Assembly (NCBI GenBank): GCA_051362555.1
Contig: CM120643.1
Location: forward strand, 11,878,644-11,942,643
Length of the DNA stretch: 64,000 bases
Source of the DNA: Lingula anatina
Lineage: Eukaryota; Animalia; Brachiopoda
Direction of reading: 5' to 3'
Part shown: piece by piece, positions 12,201 through 25,949 of the stretch
How positions within the stretch are numbered: position 1 is the stretch's first letter
How the letters are laid out: each line of letters starts with the position of its first letter
The notes under the pieces: generated by a model
The model's input: the letters and a program-made list of their open reading frames with translations, nothing else
Told to the model about the DNA's origin: nothing
The model's database searches: none
Position numbers and translations under genes: made by a program

Positions 12201-15200
12201 CACAGACAGATTCTTATGTGTGAAATTGTTCCATTGTGTTGTCAACTGACAAGCAATGTAGAACTTTGACAACCTGGACATCAAAATTAGTCGTCGGTCT
12301 TCACGGCCAGTAGTTTTTCTTGGACGACCCATCAGAGGCAATTTGTCTCTTGATCCAGTGTTTCTATACCGAGACCAGACCCTCTGCATAGTTCTGACTG
12401 AACAATTCAATTGTATCGATATTATGACATTGCTTTTATTCCGCCTCTTCAGGTTAATAACTTGCACCTATAACCGTAGGATAATTGCCTGTATCTTAAT
12501 TGCCATATTGGAGGAAGAAAGGAATAACATTTGCTGTACATGTACAAGACCAACAATACAATTCCATGGTATAGCGGTTTTATACTCATTAGTCACATTA
12601 TAAGTAGACCAGGCATTATAACTACCCAAGATCTGCCTACTTTTATTACTCTGATTTAGGGGGTGACACTTCTCTTGTCCAGTGTGTGTAAATATTCTCA
12701 TGTCACTCCTATTTCATGACTGTTCATTAATGGTAATTGCAAGATTATTTTTTCATCACTTAAAGGTGTTTTGAAATAAGATAGCTGAACAAACTAAGTT
12801 TTTGCTCTACACTCTTGATTATCACCAAATTTGACACATTCCAGCATATCTATCAACTTATTGTCTTATTTAAAGGCAGATTCTCAAGCAGTTAAGAAAG
12901 CAAATCAATGGCTCAAGAGAAATTATAAACTGGGATATTCTCTATTGTTCTGCAGTGTGTACACCTGGCTTTACTTTGTCTAAAATGTTTTATCAATGGT
13001 TTGTACTTAATTATTGTTTGTCGGTGTAACGCGACAGAGAGTCCCCCATAACAGAGAGTCAGCTTCCCATTTATTTGTGCAAGTAAGCCTCGCTCTAGAT
13101 TTTGACCTTCTTAGGTCAGACTAACCCTAAGCACTGTAACTATATGAATGGCAGACTTTATGTTACACGGACCCTCAGTTTCGTTACACCGGGACCTAAA
13201 TAAATATATTGCCTGTCATATCAGTGCAGATCTGTCTTTAAATTGCCTGAAGCTTTCAATCAATGAGAACTGGTCAGATTGGAGCTTATCTATACCTGTT
13301 GGAACTGAGAATTGCATAATTGGCTTAGTAAGGGTTTACAATTTTCCATATCCCGAGAATGAGTTTTTTCCTGTATCTTATTATTCAGTAATGCATCTAC
13401 CCTTGTGCTGATAAAAACAATAAAATTCCCCTCGGTAATATAAAATATCGACGTTTATATTTTCGTTGCTAAGCATTAGCATAGGCACCTCAAAGCTTTT
13501 ATATTCCAATTCACTGATGCTTAAACGTATATAAATTATTTGTCGTCTAATAACTCTCAACGACTAAAGCCATTTCATCTTCAAACATAAAAATCATTTA
13601 TTTATAAATTGCGAGGAATCGATGTGTCTCTGCCTGTGTACAGACAGTACAATATCACATAAAAAGCCACCAGTCATTAGAGTGAGATCTACCGCATAAC
13701 CCAATTCCAATTCAATTCCAATCCTGGTACAGTTCTTACTTATATAAATCTGACAATTTTACAACATAAGACAACCAATATCTTCATACAATTGTCTTTA
13801 TACAAAACAATTTTATAAGGAATAAAGTGGAGAACCAGTGTCAGTTCAGCAGTGCTGATCGACCTCGAATTATCGTTTCTCCTTCTCACGTGATTTGTAC
13901 ACCGTTTGAATACAGCGGCCCCTGCATAACTCCCAAACAACCTTCCTCCTAAGACACGTCATCGTTGACCCGTTAAATGACAATAAACACATTTATCGTC
14001 ACTTTTTTATTTTGAGGTGAAAGAGCAATCGGTATGGGGCAAACCAACATCTCTGAACAAGATATTATCACGAAAATTGGCATAGGTGACGGCATGTGTA
14101 TGGGCTTTACTCTCGTGCTGTCATCTTGGTTTAAATGATTAAATGATAATTGAGCAAAGGCTTTGTTTTGCTTTCTTAACGATAAAACCTGAAGTGAGGC
14201 TTTTAAGAAAAATCGACGGCAGGATTTTGAAGTACTCAACGAAGCCATTAAAATGGTGTTGACACGTTGTTCCTGGGAGTTCAGATAAAGGAGAAATTTG
14301 AGAAACCGATTTTATTATTTTAACCCCAAAACCGTAATTATTACGCCATCGGTAAAATGACATTTCTGTAATTGCTGAGCAATTTAGCCAGTGATCACTG
14401 AATATTTATCTATTATCCCAAAATTGTGTGTAAGGCAGTAAGTACTTTTTTGCTAACCCAGACAGTGCCCTTTAGCTAGTCTAATCTACATGCACCTGTC
14501 AGTTTTTTGATCACCTGTGGAATTTCATGCCTGCTTGATATTTAACCATCTAAAATACTCGTCACAATATTTTAAAAAAAATTAAATCATTGCACAACGA
14601 CCGTTTGGTTTAGTTGTTAGGTGCAATCTTCTTCCTGGTTAGGTCCTTTAAGGCCTCTTAAGCAACGTCACAATGTTGCAGCATATACTACATTTATGTT
14701 GCCTTGATCAAATCTACTTCACTTATAAATATTGATAAAACAGTTTGTTCTTTCTGGCTAGCTCAAGCAGTGGATGGAGACTTCATCATATTGTCTGATT
14801 TTTCAATTTTAATTTTGTTGCCAATTATTGTATTAATATCTATCAATTACTAATACTAAATGTCGAACTAAATTCAGGTGCATGGAATGTTATCCTTATC
14901 GCTTAGAAGTAATTTCCACCTTGTGCAAATTTTCATGGCATGCAGTGCCACAGGGATTGTTGTTGATCATTTTTATGGCTCCAGTAAATAAGAATAATCT
15001 CCACGGCCTACTTACAAAATGAAAAGGTGATATCTTTACGACACACTTTAATGTAAAGTTGGTGGGTGCACTTGACAGTGCTGGAAAATATATCATGTCT
15101 GGTAGTTGTGGTGCACAAGAGACCAGATATATGTATATGTACAGTATGAGCTTGAAACGCTAATGATATGTTTAACATTTGTCTCGATTTATTAACCTCA

Positions 15201-18200
15201 ATGCTAACTGATATAAATCAGACTATATATGTATTTACTACGACATTTTAGTTTCAAATTAAAATATTCCTCTGGCTTTTGAAGATTTATCACTTTTATC
15301 ACAAGATATTTTGATGAAATAGAATATAACAACCATGAAAAATATGACTTAAAAACCTTTTCAAACGTATAGTAATATCTTAAATACAATATATTTCACC
15401 CAGTAGAGGACATAGATATGATAGCATAAAATATGAATTTGCTCATACGAATTAGACACCAACAAAGCATTTTAAAATATGATTATGGAAACATTTCCAC
15501 AATTTGACCCAAACTCAGCAAGCTTTATAGATTCTTAGTTTATGCAGGACAACTTACCTGTTCTACTATAAAAATCCTGTACTCTAGTTTCTGTCTGAAC
15601 AGTATTGTGTGGATATATTTTAGAAATATTTCCAGATGCTCCAATCGGTCTCTGTATGGCACAACAATGGCCACTGTGTGTCGTGGCTCACAATCAGTGG
15701 GTCTCCAAAATCCTCCGGGTCGTACTTCAGGGTATGTTTTTAAAAGTGACAAAGGTTCTATCTTCCCCTCTGCAAAATAAGATTGTAGACAAAGAAAATA
15801 GGAAAAAATAGGCTGAAAATCATTGTCATGTGCAATTTTTGCATGTTTGCAAGTTGATATGGCCAAATCTAATGGTGGTTTGGTGTTTTATGGTAAGTGC
15901 TGCAATTAGAACGATGTGTAAGAGTCTTCAAAGGGCCTTGTTTATACCAGAAAGTAGATCGCAACTAACGACTACTAGCTGTTAATCGCACCACGATCGT
16001 TGTACAATGGTGTATCTTTTTTCAATATTGTGACGAGTTTGAAGATGTTTTAATATCACGCTGACATAAAACTCCAAAAATATGGTCATACTATTCAAGG
16101 ACAAACTTTGGTTTCGTCTGTCCTACGTGTAAAACATGGTCTAACATTAGTTAATGGGGGAGACCGAGGCTAGTTGGACCCCGGGGTAAGTTGGCCTCCA
16201 ATCAATTTATGAAAAAGTAATTATGGGGTAAAAGAATTGATCACATTATTTTGTAAAGTGGCCGTATCCAATAGTGCTAAGAAAGCGTCGGCAGAGAGTC
16301 CAAATGAAATAATTTATCATCTTAAAGTAACTTCATTAAAAAGACTTGATGGGGGTCCAACTTACCCCATGGGGCCAACTACCCCCTGTCTCCCCTAGCC
16401 CTCGATGGATGTAGTGTGAATGTGGTATTAAATAAAGATAAGAATTTCTTTGGTGTTTTAATTTTTTCCTTTGTCAAGAAAATCCACTACTGCTGTGATG
16501 ATATGCACCTTTAAATCAGAATTTATGTAAATATTTTAAATCATTAATAATACCGGTAGGACTAACGAATATTTAGCAAAATATGAAATTCAGAAAAAGA
16601 TTTTACCAGATGCCAACACTTACCTCCTAGCACACTTCCCCGTCATTATTCAATGGTCATTAGTATATATATATATGTTAATATATTCTAATAAATTGCT
16701 TTTTTTTTAGATTGCAACTACTCTAGCCAACAGTTACTCCTGCAATAAACACCCTAGGCTTGTATCCTTTGGTACTACAACTGAAATTATCAGTAAACAC
16801 CAGTGTGGTGAACCCTTTACAGGGGCCGATCCAGGATTATTTGAAGGCGTGTCCGCGGATGCGAATCCGACCCCCCCCCCCTTGGCGTGGGGTTCGGGGC
16901 TCGATGAAGGGCCCCTAAAAATTGGTATTTTAGAGGGCGAGAGGTGCCTTTTGTTACGGTGTAGAACTATGACTCAGCTAGTCAAAATTCTGATTTCATT
17001 GGTGTGATTTTTTTCAGAAATCGAAGGGGGTGGTCAGGACCCCCCCCCCCTCCTTAAATCCGCCACTGCTATAGCCCACGTGAAAGCCTCGGTGTCTATG
17101 TCGTTTCCACACTCTTCGTGGACGGACAAATATCTAATCAAATATCACTTAATCATGTAACCTTAGCATCTGAAACATTGGTGCTATTCGAAATTACCTG
17201 GATCAATCCTCTGCGGCAATAGTTATACTTGCTAAGATTACCTGTCGGTTAGATTCATGCAACTCTATACGCCATGGTTGCACCGAGGCACGGACAAAAA
17301 AATGCAGTGGATTAAAAAAAAACCTCAGCACGCATTTTAACCCGCACAAAGGGAGAATCATATTACACCGGGTTTAACACAGTTGAGCTGGCTCCCTTAC
17401 CAAGTAGGTATTTTATTCAAAATTACCGAGCGAACGCTATCACCTAGCTTTCTTTCTAGTTTTCCCTACACCCTTGGTGTATTCATTGTACTTAATTCTG
17501 ATTAATTTATTGAAAATCCTTTATCTTTCGATCTTTTTCACACAGAAATTATCACAAAATGTCAGCCTATCTAAACTCTCTTCCCCATTTTCTTCTATAT
17601 ATTATATTATAGGAACAAAAAGGTACCTAACGTGTATATATATACACAGTATACATAGTCAAGCCATCAGTAAGGTAACATTAAGTAGGTTAATGGGCAA
17701 CAATAGCATGTTCTCATTTCTCGTCAGCTCGTCTCATTAAATTGAAAGTTAGGTCAATTCTCCATGTCAACCATTAGTTTCAGCAAACTTACAATGACAT
17801 AAAATGAATAAAAGTATGCCACGACATAAAATGAACTTTTAGACTGCAAGCAACCCTTGGCATACATAAAACGACGCTCATTATACAAAGCAAGAGAGTG
17901 ATTAAACTACTAAGGGGCACGCGTCATGTTTTTGCTCTAAATTTCATGAAGTTATTAGTCAAATTTTATATTTTAACGTGAGCGATATGAATGGAGTATA
18001 CAACTAAGTAACTACAATTCAAAACAGGCTTGAGAGAAAGTCTAGGACGATGCAAAAATATAACGGGAAGGTCAGAGGTACCTGAAATGGGGGGATGGGC
18101 TCTTACCTAAACCATGAGGAAAAGCATCACACAGGTCTATGATGTTACTTCCTGCTCTGTTGGAAGATACTGACTTGGCTTCAAGGTTAGCATACTCCAA

Positions 18201-18425
18201 GTCCGTTAATTTCCTAACAACATGTTGTACGTAATTATCAGTAGGACGATCATCCGTCTTAAGCAAAACCGACATCGACAGCTGTAACACCAATAACAGC
18301 ACCAATATTAAAGCAACGAATACAGGGTACCATGAAGTCAAACTTCCCTTACAAGTAGATCTACATAGAATCCTTGGATAAACTGACAAGCCCACAAACA
18401 TTTTATAGGTGCATCTTTCTGCCAT
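7313..18425 (-). CDS. bre-4: GT7-family beta-1,4-glycosyltransferase gene (beta-1,4-N-acetylgalactosaminyltransferase bre-4-like / B4GALT family), 6 coding exons, ~378 aa
   Basis: Exons 18425-18107, 15769-15558, 9576-9389, 8752-8630, 8062-7958 and 7502-7313 join in frame with GT-AG ends (intron phases 1,0,2,2,2). Type II TM anchor followed by [42 protein letters not shown] and DGLSS motifs. The symbol denotes the closest family type, not proven orthology. Confidence 0.9.
7958..8062 (-). CDS. GT7 glycosyltransferase exon 5
   Basis: 105 nt: TTTTTCAG| (R)[34 protein letters not shown] |GTTTAT. Confidence 0.92.
8630..8752 (-). CDS. GT7 glycosyltransferase exon 4 (not in ORF track)
   Basis: 123 nt: (R)[40 protein letters not shown] |GTAAGT. 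Confidence 0.95.
9389..9576 (-). CDS. GT7 glycosyltransferase exon 3
   Basis: AG| [16 protein letters not shown]...FHDVDLLPE...NIDKFDY |GTACAT; contains the DXD motif. Confidence 0.95.
9688..10460 (+). mobile_element. Truncated Tc1 (family D)
   Basis: TA+CACTGATGCTCATAAGTTAAG left end; QDNAPIQKA...LDWPAY remnant; right TIR not found. Confidence 0.7.
10468..10770 (+). mobile_element. Ty3/Gypsy RT fragment
   Basis: [16 protein letters not shown] and [12 protein letters not shown]. Confidence 0.65.
11259..12688 (-). mobile_element. Tc1 family A copy 1 (DD34E, defective transposase), in glycosyltransferase intron 2
   Basis: TIR CACACACTGGACAA.AGAAGTGTCACCCCTA at both ends, TA TSD, frameshifted transposase (GRPRKTT, WGCIS, IIENVWN). 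Confidence 0.92.
13020..13196. mobile_element. Small MITE
   Basis: CGGTGTAACG.GAC.GAG.GTCC inverted at both ends. Confidence 0.5.
15558..15769 (-). CDS. GT7 glycosyltransferase exon 2
   Basis: TTTTGCAG| EGKIE...[29 protein letters not shown]...IFIVEQ |GTAAGT. Confidence 0.95.
16157..16395. mobile_element. Pogo/Tc1-mariner-type MITE
   Basis: GGGGAGAC.G.GG.TAGTTGG TIR with duplicated subterminal motif; TA on the right side. Confidence 0.65.
16820..17068. mobile_element. CAGGGGCGGATCCAG-type MITE (hAT-like)
   Basis: TIR CAG(G/T)GGC.GAT; homologous to 47536-47735. Confidence 0.7.
18107..18425 (-). CDS. GT7 glycosyltransferase exon 1 (cytoplasmic tail, TM anchor, stem)
   Basis: MAERCTY...[24 protein letters not shown]...CDAFPHGL; donor G|GTAAGA, phase 1. 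The choice of start ATG is uncertain because there is an upstream in-frame ATG. Confidence 0.8.
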
Positions 18426-18485
18426 TGCGTGTTGACACCAGAAAACCATGCAGTCATCTAGACATTGATGTCCTTGAGAGCTGAC

Positions 18486-18550
18486 TGACGTCACGTCTCC
18501 CCGCCCCCCACCTCTCTCTCTCTCTCTCGCTCTCTGTCTTTCTCTCTCTC
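18486..18550. promoter_or_regulatory. Putative promoter elements of the glycosyltransferase: CRE palindrome, GC box and (CT)n tract
   Basis: TGACGTCA at 18486-18493, CCCCGCCCCC at ~18499-18508 and a CT microsatellite at ~18512-18550, 60-125 nt upstream of the ATG. The TSS is unknown. Confidence 0.35.
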
Positions 18551-21500
18551 TGTGTAACGTCCCCGTCCGCGCTCTTTTTCATTTTTTAAATTCTATAAAT
18601 ACATTATCTGCACCTTTCTGTAGTTGTAGCTTTAGTATCAAATGTTTGCATATTTAATGCCAAAGTTACAAAGTCACTAAACTATGCCAAACTTTTAATG
18701 AGCGGCTGTGTAACGAGGACGTCAGACGTCAGAATACGGCAGTTTGCGTTGAGGTACAATAGAAAAGCAAGGGTCGCGTACGGTTTTTGTTTTGACTTGA
18801 TAGAGAACGATCTGACCGATGACCCAGGGTAAATTTTTCACGTAACATGTTTTAGATGAATATTAAAGAAATCACAGCTGAGACATCAGTTGGCTTGTAG
18901 GGAGGGTTGAAATCCACTGGTAACCGGAGTGCATTGGAAGAAAGATACATGTACAGTGTGTAGGCTAATTATACCCCGTTCACGCTGCCATCTTAAAAAA
19001 ACGGGTGTTTCAAATTTGAATTTTTGGTAAATCCGATTAGCTTTCTTGTTCAAACAAGCAAAGCGAAACCGAATCTCACCTTGAAAAATTCCAGGTTTAA
19101 CTTCCTGTTTTGAACACTCACGCATGCGCCGTCCAGGAAAACTCAAAATACAAATAATTATGGCGCCATTTACGGCTCTAATCGTACTCAGTTGCTATAG
19201 AAACTGTCATTATGATAGCTTTTTTACATGAAATTTTGCAACTGAATATGAAATGGGAGACACTCTTGGTACTCAATATATGAATTTTTGGTAACATCAT
19301 GGCAGCTATAGGTAATTCAAACCAGTGAGATTTTTTGGAGAGCCTACCATAACGAAGTGGCAGTGTCAGGAATTTTCCATTATTTTGTTAAGAAAAAAAA
19401 GATAATTCCTACTTTTGTTCACATTGTTTGATTGTCATTAACAATTCTAGAGTTACTGCATACCTCCATGACTTAAATGATACACTTTTTATGTTCACTA
19501 ACGAGTTCAAAGGTGAAAAAAGCATTAGGCCTATTGTTATCGTATGTGATTTCATACTTTGTTTGAGAAATGAAATGGACTCTATATTCTTGAATTGCAG
19601 ACGTTTTATTAATATCCTTGTGTTTCGTGAACAATTCAGATTTCCGGGTTAGAAATACTGATATCTTGATCCTCTTTTGGTGCTGAAAGTGCAGTTGCTT
19701 TTTCATCAGCAGTCTAAGAACATGCATGCTTGGTGCATCCACCATTTTGTTTGCGGTAAGATCAAAGTCACTGATATTCTAACGGCTGTTACGGCTATGT
19801 CTTACTAAAATATGGTAAATAAACAATCATTTGAACCGAGGATTAGATAAAATATCTAGGAAGAGGTTGCAGACTTTTATCAACATCGTTACTCTAACTC
19901 TAAAACACGATTAAACATTTTATAAGCTCGCTGTGGTTGCTATTTTCGGTTAAATTACCTTCTGCAACATATAAGTCGTAAGGTTGGTTTATCATCTACA
20001 TAAATATGTGGCCAAATACGAGAAAATAACATCCAGGACGTCGTACGAAGCTTTTGGAAAAATGTCGCGAAACGTGCAGGTTGATCAAGATTCGTAAATA
20101 GTGGGAACCAAACGAGGAAGTGAAGTCAACGGCGATTTCTCACGGCATTTTAGCGGCTGGAGGTTTACAACGCAGAAATGATAGATTGCTGCAGATATTG
20201 TAGACAGCCCATTCAAGGTGTCTTTTAAATATATTTTCATATTTACCATAGGACCCAAATTTGGGAAGTTATGATGGAAAACAAACAGCGGGGTTTGATT
20301 TTTTCCCGTTTGAGACCGTGTAAGTGGCGTGACCTGACCTCCCTAGGATAAATGGCTGTAGTGTTAAAGGAGTATAATAGGTTTCATTATATTTCGAAGC
20401 TCGGCTGACACCCGTGCCAATCCTACCTGATTTGTAAACAAGTGTACCTAAAACGACATTACAGTTTCACACAAGTCTATCATTATTAAAAACGATCCAT
20501 TTAGCATCGGTCTATCAAGTGAGCGATCAATTAAGCATTTAGATTGGTTTAGTATTTTAAACAAATTTAATAAAATCGAAATGATATATATAAAAAGGCA
20601 AATAAACAAATTCAAAGCAAATACATTTCTCCTCAAACAAGTATCTAAACCCCGGTGTTCATGATGCACCTGCGTTTTAACACTTTAATATTTAAAAACC
20701 GACATCAGCACATTAATTCATAGGTCTAAAATACATACTTTTCTCATAGGAAATTTACAATACATGTTCTTAAAAATCTGCTAGACCTGTAACAGAAATC
20801 AATAATCATATAAACTCTAAACATGTTTTAACTGAAACACGTTTAGCTCTACTTCGAACAGCAGGTGCTTGATTTTAACCTTGTACCCAAGACACCGCCT
20901 AGAGGCTTACTATAAAAAAGTTGAGTTCTGATAAGAGGGTAAAAGTGTTCACCTTTGTACATGAAAAATAAATTTTGAGTGAATGAAAAAAAAAAACCTA
21001 CACGTTTATGTTCCACTGTAATTTTTTTAAAATTTTGAAATTTCCAAAAATTAATATCAAAATGACCTCGTCAAATATTCATGAAAATGTGTGTTTTAGG
21101 GGCGTTCTGAAATACGTTGCTACATTTCTATAGTTGTAGTAAGGTGACAACTGTGAAATTTTGTAATTGGGTAGAGAAGGTGCCAGTTTAAAAAAAGAAA
21201 GGCAATAAGTGGCCAATCATTGTTGTAATCAATATTTTGATTGCTTTATTCTTACATCTAGTGTTGATTGAAAGAAGAATCTCACAATGACTTGAGGATA
21301 AAAAATGTTTATTTTTTATATGAGCCTGCCTTAGACAAGCTAATTATTCATGGTTGAAAAGACATGGATATAAGGTAAGATATGTTTGAAAATCAGCTTG
21401 TCTTAGGTTAGGGCTTGATATCAACTCAAACTTATGTGGACATTTTCAGTCCATATGCTAGTAGGCGTCCATGTTTATTCCTGCCATGAGGTAGCTGCTA

Positions 21501-24322
21501 CATGCTTATACATAGGCTGGGTGTATCTTTTGTACAAAATAAATAAATAAATACATAAATACATAAATAAATAAAAAACAGAGGTCTTTGAAAGGGAAGC
21601 AAGGGTTAGAATCAATAACATATTTTCAGTAGCAAGCAGAGAAAAAAAATTCATTTTCATGTAATGCATGCCATTAAAAAAAAGGAAAATATGGATGAAG
21701 AAATGGAGTCTAAATGCAATTAGTATATATTTTATTTCTATTCTTATTTCTTAGGATTAAGAAATATAAAATGTAAAATGTTTTTCAGATAATCAAAGTT
21801 ATATTAATTATGATAATAGCAGACGTACATTGTGGTGCCCCTACTTTATATAGAGACCCATGCTATAGAGACCCTCTACACAAAGGGTGGGCTTGACCAA
21901 TCCCACACCTAATGGGCATGAAAATACATATTGTACAACTAAAATTGTTGTGTAAATACCTCCTTTTACACCTATTTTGCATAAAAAGTAAAATAAAAGG
22001 CTCCATCACACACACCCTAGTTTTGTTACTTATGACTTAACCTTCCACATCCGCACTATTTGTACTAGCACTGTATTTGTTTTTTCTTTTTTTGCCAAAA
22101 TGCTATGAATGGCTTCTGTTGTCAAGGAGATCAGTGAAAACATATTGTCTTGGTATAACCACTTGTACAGCCTATGGATTCAGACCTTCAGTAGCAAAAC
22201 TAGATCCACCAGTGGCTGGTACTGTTAGTGTAAAGTAGGTGCCCAGACAGTTGGAAGTTGTGCACATATCACTTCAGTCCTGTGGAATATGGGGTTTGCC
22301 ATGAGACAGGGAGACAGTCAAAAATCATGTTGTGGAGAAGGCTGTTTGAATGCCTCATATTTACCAACATCAAGTGTTGACAGTATTATCGAGATCGAAA
22401 GTGTTTTGGACAGCCCATCTGATTGATTATCTATTGTTTCTTAAATACGTTTTTATTTTCATATTTATATATTTTGTATAATGTAACTATTGCAGTGCGT
22501 TCTATACAAGGTCCATATCACACTTATAATCATATGAAGTACTTTTTTTATATAATTTCATTGTTATACAGATTATTGGCCATAACTGTTACTATGTATA
22601 CTTTACTTTCATTCAGTTTTTACTTTTACCTTATCATTATATAGGGACAATTTATACCTTGTCTATTTTATGGTTATTGGAAACATTCCAAATAGCTTTT
22701 TAGAGTGCTTTTACAAATGTTTTTTTTTTTTTTTTTTTTTGCTACTGTAACAGCTTTTTGGTTTCAGCATTTTTCTTATTATTCTTTACAGAGCCTTGTA
22801 CAAAATTTATATTGGTCATCAATACAATTATTTAGACCAACAAATGCTGGTCTAGGAGAAAAGTTACATATCAAATTAAAATGAATAAATATGCTGAAAC
22901 AAGTTGTCCTGGTTACATGATGTGATGTCTCCTGTGAGAAAATACCGTAATACACCACCCCTACCCCGCTTCTCTAGGATTTTAAAATTACAATATCTTT
23001 CCCATTTACTTGTGCCACACCACAAGCATTTAACATATAACTCCTTTTTACACCACAAGACATGTTTCAATAGAAAAAAATCATTTATGTAATATATATG
23101 CTGAAACCACTTGCTCTGATTCATTAGACTGCATACAACAGGTAAATCTGGCTAACTCCCCCCTCCCGCATATAACTCATTAAAAATACTAAATAACGAT
23201 GCCTCAAACCAAATAATATTTTTTCACGCGACAAATATATGTATGAACTTTAGAATAGCAAATTATTTAAAAAAATGACGAAGGGCACTTTTCAAATGGT
23301 TACCAGCACTCGTCCTTTACAATACAACGTCTGCTCTTATTACTTTATACAGAATACAGTAGGTATTACATGTACACACACTGGACAATAGAAGTGTCAC
23401 CCCTACTGAACCAATACTATGGGGGATAAATGAATGTGGAATGATATGCTCCTGGTATCATTTTATAAACATCAAATTTCACAAAAATGCACAAAATGAG
23501 AACAAAATATACATTCTACCAAAATATGCAGTTTCAAGTCCAGAATTAGTACTTAGTGGCATAGCCACGTGACCTAATAATAGGTGCCAGTCTACGAGGC
23601 AAGGATTCATATAATTGTCTGATGCGTTCAGGGCTTATGCTGGTCCAAGCATGAAACACTGAATGTAACAGAGTTTCTCTGCTGGTTAGACCGGCATTTG
23701 TCAAAAGCTTTGACATATCATTCCACACATTTTCTATTATGTTTGCATCCGGACTCTGGGCAGGCCACATCACCCTGCGAATGTCCTGTTGGTCAAACCA
23801 ATCATCAACTGCTCTGGGCCTGTGACAAGGAGCATTGTCATCCTGGTGAACAAATGGATAATTCCTGTCCAAACTTGTTAGTAATAGATGGTAGCAAGCC
23901 TGACTCCAAAACATCGATATATTTCTAGTGATTCATGTTTCCATCAACCACTATTAATTCGCCCACGCCATGGATGCTGATGCAGCCCCACACCATGATG
24001 AATATGCTGATCCGGGTTCGAAAATTCGGTGCTTTTGGTTCAAATGCTTTACCAGCAGTTCGCCAGCATCGTACCCGTCTGTCATCAGAGGTCAGACCAA
24101 AGCGAAACTCATCAGAAAAAATATATAGGACCAATTGGTATGGACTGTCCAGTTCCAGATCCTGTTGACCCTAGTTCACTCTACGTTGCCTGTTTTGTAA
24201 CGATATCAGAGGTTTCAGTCTTGCTACCCTGCTGTACACTCTATGAGCATGTAACCGACGCCTAGCAATTTTCACAGACACATTCTTATGTGTGAAATTG
24301 TTCCACTGTGTTGTCAACTGAC

Positions 24323-25478
24323 CATCCCCAGAAATGCACTGCATGACGTCACGCCTAGCCCACTGCGCATGCGTGCATTTTTAATGAGTTGCTACATTGC
24401 CATAGGAAAATGAATGGGTTCGCGATTCGTGGGTAATTCGTGAGAATTGACAAACTAATGGCCTGATGCCGATAGACAGCAACGCTGTGCTATGCTTCAA
24501 GCAACTCCTGGCCAAATATCGCTAGGGTTTTTAAAAAAATTCTGTTGTACACACGTACTAAGAAGTTTGCCGTATATTGCCTAGACTACCCTCAGCAAAA
24601 CGCAAATATTTTCAGTTATAGTGATTTTAGACGGTAGATTCACTCAGAAACAAAGGGAAATAAATTCGTTGCCGATAGCACCAGCTGATAGCAGTAACAT
24701 ACAGAGTCTGATTAAAAAATTTCATGGCAATTGAAGATTTTTTACCACTGTACAATGGAGTCCAAAAAGAGCACTTGGCACAAATGTAAAACTGCCCAGT
24801 GCAAGGCCAAGAATTCAATCAGTATTTTCAATCATATTATCAGATTCTACATAAATTGACTGACCATATCACTACTCAGTATTTAACTAATCTCTTAATC
24901 CAAAATTCCTATCATCATTTAATAATTATGCAAAATTCTTCTTTCAGATTGCTATTTATTTAAAATTTTAATGCTGCAACTGTTCCAAAATAATCTTGTA
25001 GTAAAGGAAAAATGCAAATAAGAAGTGGAAGACAAATTTTACCCACAGTATTCAATTATTTGAATATAAAAAGAATAAGATCACGATTTAACAAATTAAA
25101 ATAATCTTTCATGAACTTTTTCATGAATAACATATTTAACAAAAATGAAAGTTATAAATCAGTTGTAATGGCTTATTTTGGAATATATGACCTCTGTACA
25201 TCATCAGTACCTGACTTGGTACAGTATAGTTACTACTTGGATACAGAGTTAGATTTAATAATTTAACAATAAGAACAATATATATTATAATAATAAACTT
25301 TTCTGCACATATCAGACGCTTGTTACCATGAACTAACACTACTTGACAATGGGCTGAGCACTTATCACAGAGTCTGTGTGCGATGCCATTCTTGTGCTGT
25401 GATTGGTTAGTTGAGTCACGTGGAGCCCTATTGTTGCGCCCTCGCGTATCGCGTAAATGCTGCACATTTCTGGCCATG
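24323..25478. mobile_element. Non-autonomous TIR element (CACTA/EnSpm-like or unclassified) nested in Tc1 copy 2
   Basis: Absent from sister copies; imperfect TIRs CATCCCCAGAAATGCACTGCAT / ATGCTGCACATTTCTGGCCATG; non-coding AT-rich interior; TSD only ~1 bp. Confidence 0.7.
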
Positions 25479-25642
25479 CAAGCAGTGTCGAACTTTGACA
25501 ACCTGAACATCAAAATTAGTCGTCGGTCTTCACGGCCAGTAGACTTTCTTGGACGACCCATCAGAGGCGATTTGTCTCTTGATCCAGTGTTTCTATGCCG
25601 AGACCAGACCCTCTGCACGGTTCTGACCGAACAATTCAATAT

Positions 25643-25949
25643 TGTGACTATGTAGTGTGTTAGTTGAGATTATTTTATATTGCTACCGGTAGATGTCTCT
25701 ATAAGTAAAGTGTTACACGGTGTGCAAGTTTGAATCTCTCCCGTGATTAGTAACTTAAAGGTAAAACTGTTCACTGTATAGTTGGTTCTGATTGGTAAAC
25801 GTGTATTATCTGAACTTGTATATAAGGTGTAACGTGAAATAAATCGGTCTCTTCTTTTGGGGCTTATCTCTTTACATTTATCTCTGAGACACCAGTAAGT
25901 ACATTGTTATTTGTACCTTCATAAGGCACTCGGCCGCGAAGGCGTAACA
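25643..25949 (+). mobile_element. Solo LTR (307 bp)
   Basis: TGTGAC...GTAACA termini, ATAT TSD on both sides, TATATAA followed by AATAAA; absent from sister Tc1 copies. Confidence 0.75.

Noticed and set aside
10780-14900. Possible old LINE remnants around Tc1 copy 1 (poly-T at ~10780, weak RT-like peptides near 14100-14330)
   Set aside because: Too degraded to assign boundaries or clade by eye.
17080-17420. Possible tRNA-derived SINE; similar impression at 41800-42140
   Set aside because: No convincing A/B boxes or cloverleaf.
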